NCBI GenBank assembly: GCA_043228905.1
Contig: JBHGNT010000014.1
Coordinates: 17,298,001 to 17,362,000, forward strand
Direction of reading: 5' to 3'
Origin: Azolla caroliniana
Lineage: Eukaryota; Plantae; Polypodiophyta
DNA length: 64,000 nt
In this document: piece by piece, positions 60,265 to 64,000 of the stretch
Layout of the letters: each line of letters starts with the position of its first letter
How positions within the stretch are numbered: position 1 is the stretch's first letter
Notes under the pieces: model-generated
The model's database searches: none
What the model saw: the letters and a program-made list of their open reading frames with translations, nothing else
What the model was told of the DNA's origin: nothing
Made by a program: the position numbers and the translations under genes

Positions 60265-63200
60265 TGTTGAGAATCTACGCTCCGATTCGCCTTCACCGTT
60301 CGGCCACAACCGAGAAATCACGAATCAATGCAGCAGAAAATAGGAAACACAGAGAAAGACACGATAACACAGGGATTAACGTGGAAAACCCTATACGGGA
60401 AAAACCACGGGAGTCCTCAAACTCCAACTATCACTATGAACAGAGATGTACAATGGTGAAGCTTCAAGGCAACAACCTTGAGCTCACTGTCTTCGCCACA
60501 GGCGGCGGTAATACACAGAGGCAACGACCTCTTCGTCTGTCTCTCTCTCTCTCGGCTGCTCTCTTCACTCTCTCTAAGTGGAAAAACAGAAAAATATGAG
60601 CAGCAACTTTTCAGCAACATCAAACAGTTTGCCCTAAGTCATATTTATACACATATGACTTTCGGGCTATTTACAAATATAGCCTCAAGGGCCCTTGGCA
60701 AACATATTCACAAATATGTCCCCGCATCCGGATCTCTCTCCGGGTACATACATCATCCGGCTCTGTAGCCGGGTTTTCATCATCCGGCTCCGTAGCCGGG
60801 TCTTCGTCATCCGGCTCCGAAGCCGGGTCTTCGTCATCCGGCTCCGTAGCCGGGTCTTCGTCATCCGGCTCCGTAGCCGGGTCTTCGTCATCCGGCTCCG
60901 TAGCCGGGTCTTCATCATCCGGCTCCGTAGCCGGGTACTCTTCATCTGGCTTCATGCCGGGTACTCTTCATCCTCCGGTTCCGTAACCGCAACCGGGCTT
61001 GCCGTCATTCATCTCCGGACATCCCATCCGGAGGGACCGATATCCCAACAAACTCCCCCTTCACTTCGGCATGGGATGTCTCTCCAATCCGATCCTCTTC
61101 CGGCATGCTTCCAGCTTGTCGGGTGTGAGCACTTTGGTCAGCATATCTGAGCCGTTTTCGTCCGTGTGGATCTTCGTCAGCACGAACTCCTGGTCTTCTA
61201 TCCTTTCCCGGATCCAGTGATATCTTCGCTGGATGTGCTTCGTCCGGGAGTGATAGGCCGCGTTCTTCGCAAGGTGGATGGCACTCTGACTATCGCAGTA
61301 GAGTCGGTACTCATCCTGCCGGATACCGAGCTCTCTAATGAAGTCCTTCATCCATATTATTTCCTTGCCGGCTTCAACAGCCGCCATGTACTCCGCCTCC
61401 GTGGTTGACAACGCAACCGACTTCTGCAGCCTCGACTGCCACGAAACAGCTCCCCCTGCATACGTCATCACATACCCTGATGTGGACCGGCTGGTATCTG
61501 CATCAGCCGACATATCCGAATCAGTGAAGCCGTCGAGTTCGGGCTAACGGAGCCGAATCGGAGGCACACGTTTGCCGTGCCCTTCAGGTATCGGAGTATC
61601 CACTTGACCGCGTTCCAGTGCTCTTTTCCGGGATTGCTCATGTACCGGCTCACCACTCCGACTGCATATCCTATGTCCGGTCTTGTACACACCATTGCGT
61701 ACATCAAGCTTCCGACGGCAGAGGCATATGGTACCTTCATCATGTCCTCCTTCTCAGCCTTTGTCTTGGGACTTTGCTTGCCGGATAACTTGCAGTTTGT
61801 CGGGAGGGTTGATCCGACCGGTCTTGCTTCCGACATGTTGAACCGTTGAAGCACCTTTGTCACGTACTTCTCCTGTGACAGCCACAACTGCTTCTTCTTC
61901 CGGTCCCGGATGATGTGCATCCCTAGTATTTGTCTCGCTGGACCCAAGTCCTTCATTGAGAAGGTTCGGTGAAGAGCCTTCTTCAGCATCCGTATCTTGA
62001 CCTGGTCCCGTCCGACGATCAACATGTCGTCCACATACAGGAGGAGTATTAGAGAGTCTCCTCCGTCGAACTTCTTCACAAACACGCAGTGGTCGGACTG
62101 CGTTTTGTGGTACCCTTCATCGGTCATGAAGGAGTCAAACTTTCGGTACCACTGCCGGGGAGCCTGCTTCAAACCATAAAGGCTCTTCTTCAACCGGCAT
62201 ACCAAGTGCTCCTTCTCTTTCTTCTCGAATCCTTCCGGTTGCTGCATGTATATCTCTTCTTCGAGGTCACCGTGAAGGAATGCCGTCTTCACGTCCATCT
62301 GTTCTACCTCGAGGTCCATGCTTGCCGCTATGCTCAGCACCGTCCGGATGGAGGTCATCTTCACTACCGGGGCAAATATCTCATCGAAGTCGACGCCCTT
62401 CTTCTGCTGAAACCCCTTCACCACGATCCTGGCTTTGTATCTCGGGGGGGTTTCGGCATCTCCCGGTTTCAGCTTGAACTCCCACTTGTTACGGAGTGCC
62501 CGTTTTCCTTTCGGCAGCTCCACAAGTTCATATGTGTGGTTCTCATGCAGGGAATCCATCTCCTCCTGCATGGCACTTAACCACCTGCGGCTATGGGTGT
62601 CATGCTTCGCTTCTTCAAAGCTCTCCGGCTCCCCCTCGTCGGTTAGCAGCACGTGCTCTGGTTCCGGAAATCTCCGGGGGGGCCTTCTCTCTCTTAGAGG
62701 ATATCTCCGTTCCGGAGCTTCGGTAACCGGTTCTTCCGATTCTTCTTCGTCCGAATCCATTTCGGGATCGGGGCCGGTTCCGGTATCGTTTTCATCTTCT
62801 TCGGCCGGTTCTGTCTCTTCACCGTCTTCGGCCGGATCCTCGAGTGCTAACCGGTCTCTTGCCGGTCGGGACTGCTCCTTGTAGAGTTGATCCTCACCGG
62901 TCGACTTGGAGCTCTTCATCTTCTTCTCCGACTCCCAGTCGGCAAGTGTCTTGTCCTCCATGAAGATGATATCTCGACTCCTGAATATCTTCTTGTCGAC
63001 CGGGTCCCATACTCGGTAGCCGAACTCATCGTTGCCGTAACCGAGGAATATGCATGGCCGGGTCTTTGGATCTAGCTTTCCTCTCCGGTCCTTCGCCACA
63101 TGTACATACACTAGACACCCGAACACCTTCAGATGCCGGTAGGATACTTCCTTACCGGTCCACACTCTCTGCGGCGTGTCTCCGTCCAAAGGTACTGAGG

Positions 63201-64000
63201 GTGATCTGTTTATCACGTATGTCGCCGTCGACATTGCCTCAGCCCAAAACCCCTTGGGTAATTTCGCATGCGCCAGCATACTCCGGACCCTCTCCATTAT
63301 GGTCCGGTTCATCCTCTCGGCCAGCCCGTTCAGTTCCGGCGTCTTCGGCACAGTAAACTCGAGCCGGATTCCCATCGAACGGCAATACTCCTCAAATTGC
63401 CCTCGGTATTCTCCTCCGTTATCCGCTCGTATCGCTTTCAGCTTCTTGCCGGATTCTCTTTCCACTCTCGCGTGGAGTTCTTTGAAGACGGACAATACTT
63501 GGTCCTTTGTCTTCAACGGTGCCGTCCACAGCTTCCGGCTGTGGTCATCAATGAATGTCACGAAGTACTGGGCTCCGCCATGTGACTTCGTTTCTACTTG
63601 ACACACATCAGTGTGCACCAACTCCAATGGTGCACTACGTCTCGTCGGTGGCCTTGAGTGGAAGGAGGCTCGGTTCTGGTTACCGGCCAGGCAATCGGTG
63701 CACTTCTCCAGATGCACATGCTTCACTGGAATGAGGTTGTCTTCTGCAAGCCTCTTCATCCCCTTCTCACTCATGTGGCACAGTCTCTTGTGCCACAGCT
63801 CACCGGCAGTGTCGGCTGCCACGTTCAACTCTTCCGGACATAACCGGGCATTCATCAGGTACAGTGTGTTGTCTTTCCGGGCCCGAGCCACTATCAGGCT
63901 CCCCTTGCTGAACTTCATTACGCCGTTCCGGATGCTACCTGTGTAGCCTTCATCGTCTAGCCTCCCGGCCGAAATCAGGTTCAATCGAACCTCCGGAACG
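60265..64000 (-). mobile_element. Copia-E: 3' LTR and pol of a close relative of Copia-C; continues past the window end
   Basis: LTR 60265-61050 and PPT 61051-61061. ORF 61468-63984 (838 aa, INT-RT) and RNase H ORF 61061-61513 are separated by a 1-bp deletion near 61546. Confidence 0.95.
60751..60942. repeat. Seven 27-bp tandem units in the Copia-E LTR U3 (5 units at about 51290-51430; 4 units at about 56092-56200)
   Basis: Unit c(a/g)tcatccggctccgtagccgggtctt contains the inverted repeat ccggct-ccgt-agccgg. Confidence 0.92.

Noticed and set aside
60671-61150. Repetitive ORFs (EPDDEDPAT, RLRSRVFVI) as real proteins
   Set aside because: They are translations of the 27-bp LTR repeat, which is open in several frames.

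Overview
This is a eukaryotic, transposon-saturated window that looks like a land plant, possibly a bryophyte (inferred from the element types). I found no host gene. Bases 1-30,500 are AT-rich and old: four 5'-truncated copies of one L1-clade LINE family, remnants of a second LINE family, hAT-type MITEs with 8-bp TSDs, and a decayed Ty1/copia element containing a solo LTR. Bases 30,500-64,000 are a nest of LTR retrotransposons up to six layers deep. A decayed chromovirus holds a non-coding LTR element with a hairpin array. Its 3' LTR is interrupted by Copia-A, which holds a full-length tRNA-Trp-primed Gypsy, a second Copia lineage and a Gypsy LTR. That LTR holds a near-intact Copia-C and a Gag-only Gypsy derivative, whose 5' LTR holds further Copia LTRs. 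The best novelty candidates are: (1) the Gag-only element whose LTRs carry a tRNA-like A-box/B-box module and palindromic repeats; (2) the non-coding LTR element with about 17 tandem bulged stem-loops; (3) apparent targeting of central-CpG 4-mers and a -1 frameshift after protease in the Trp-primed Gypsy family. All coordinates were read by eye, and lineage names are inferences.
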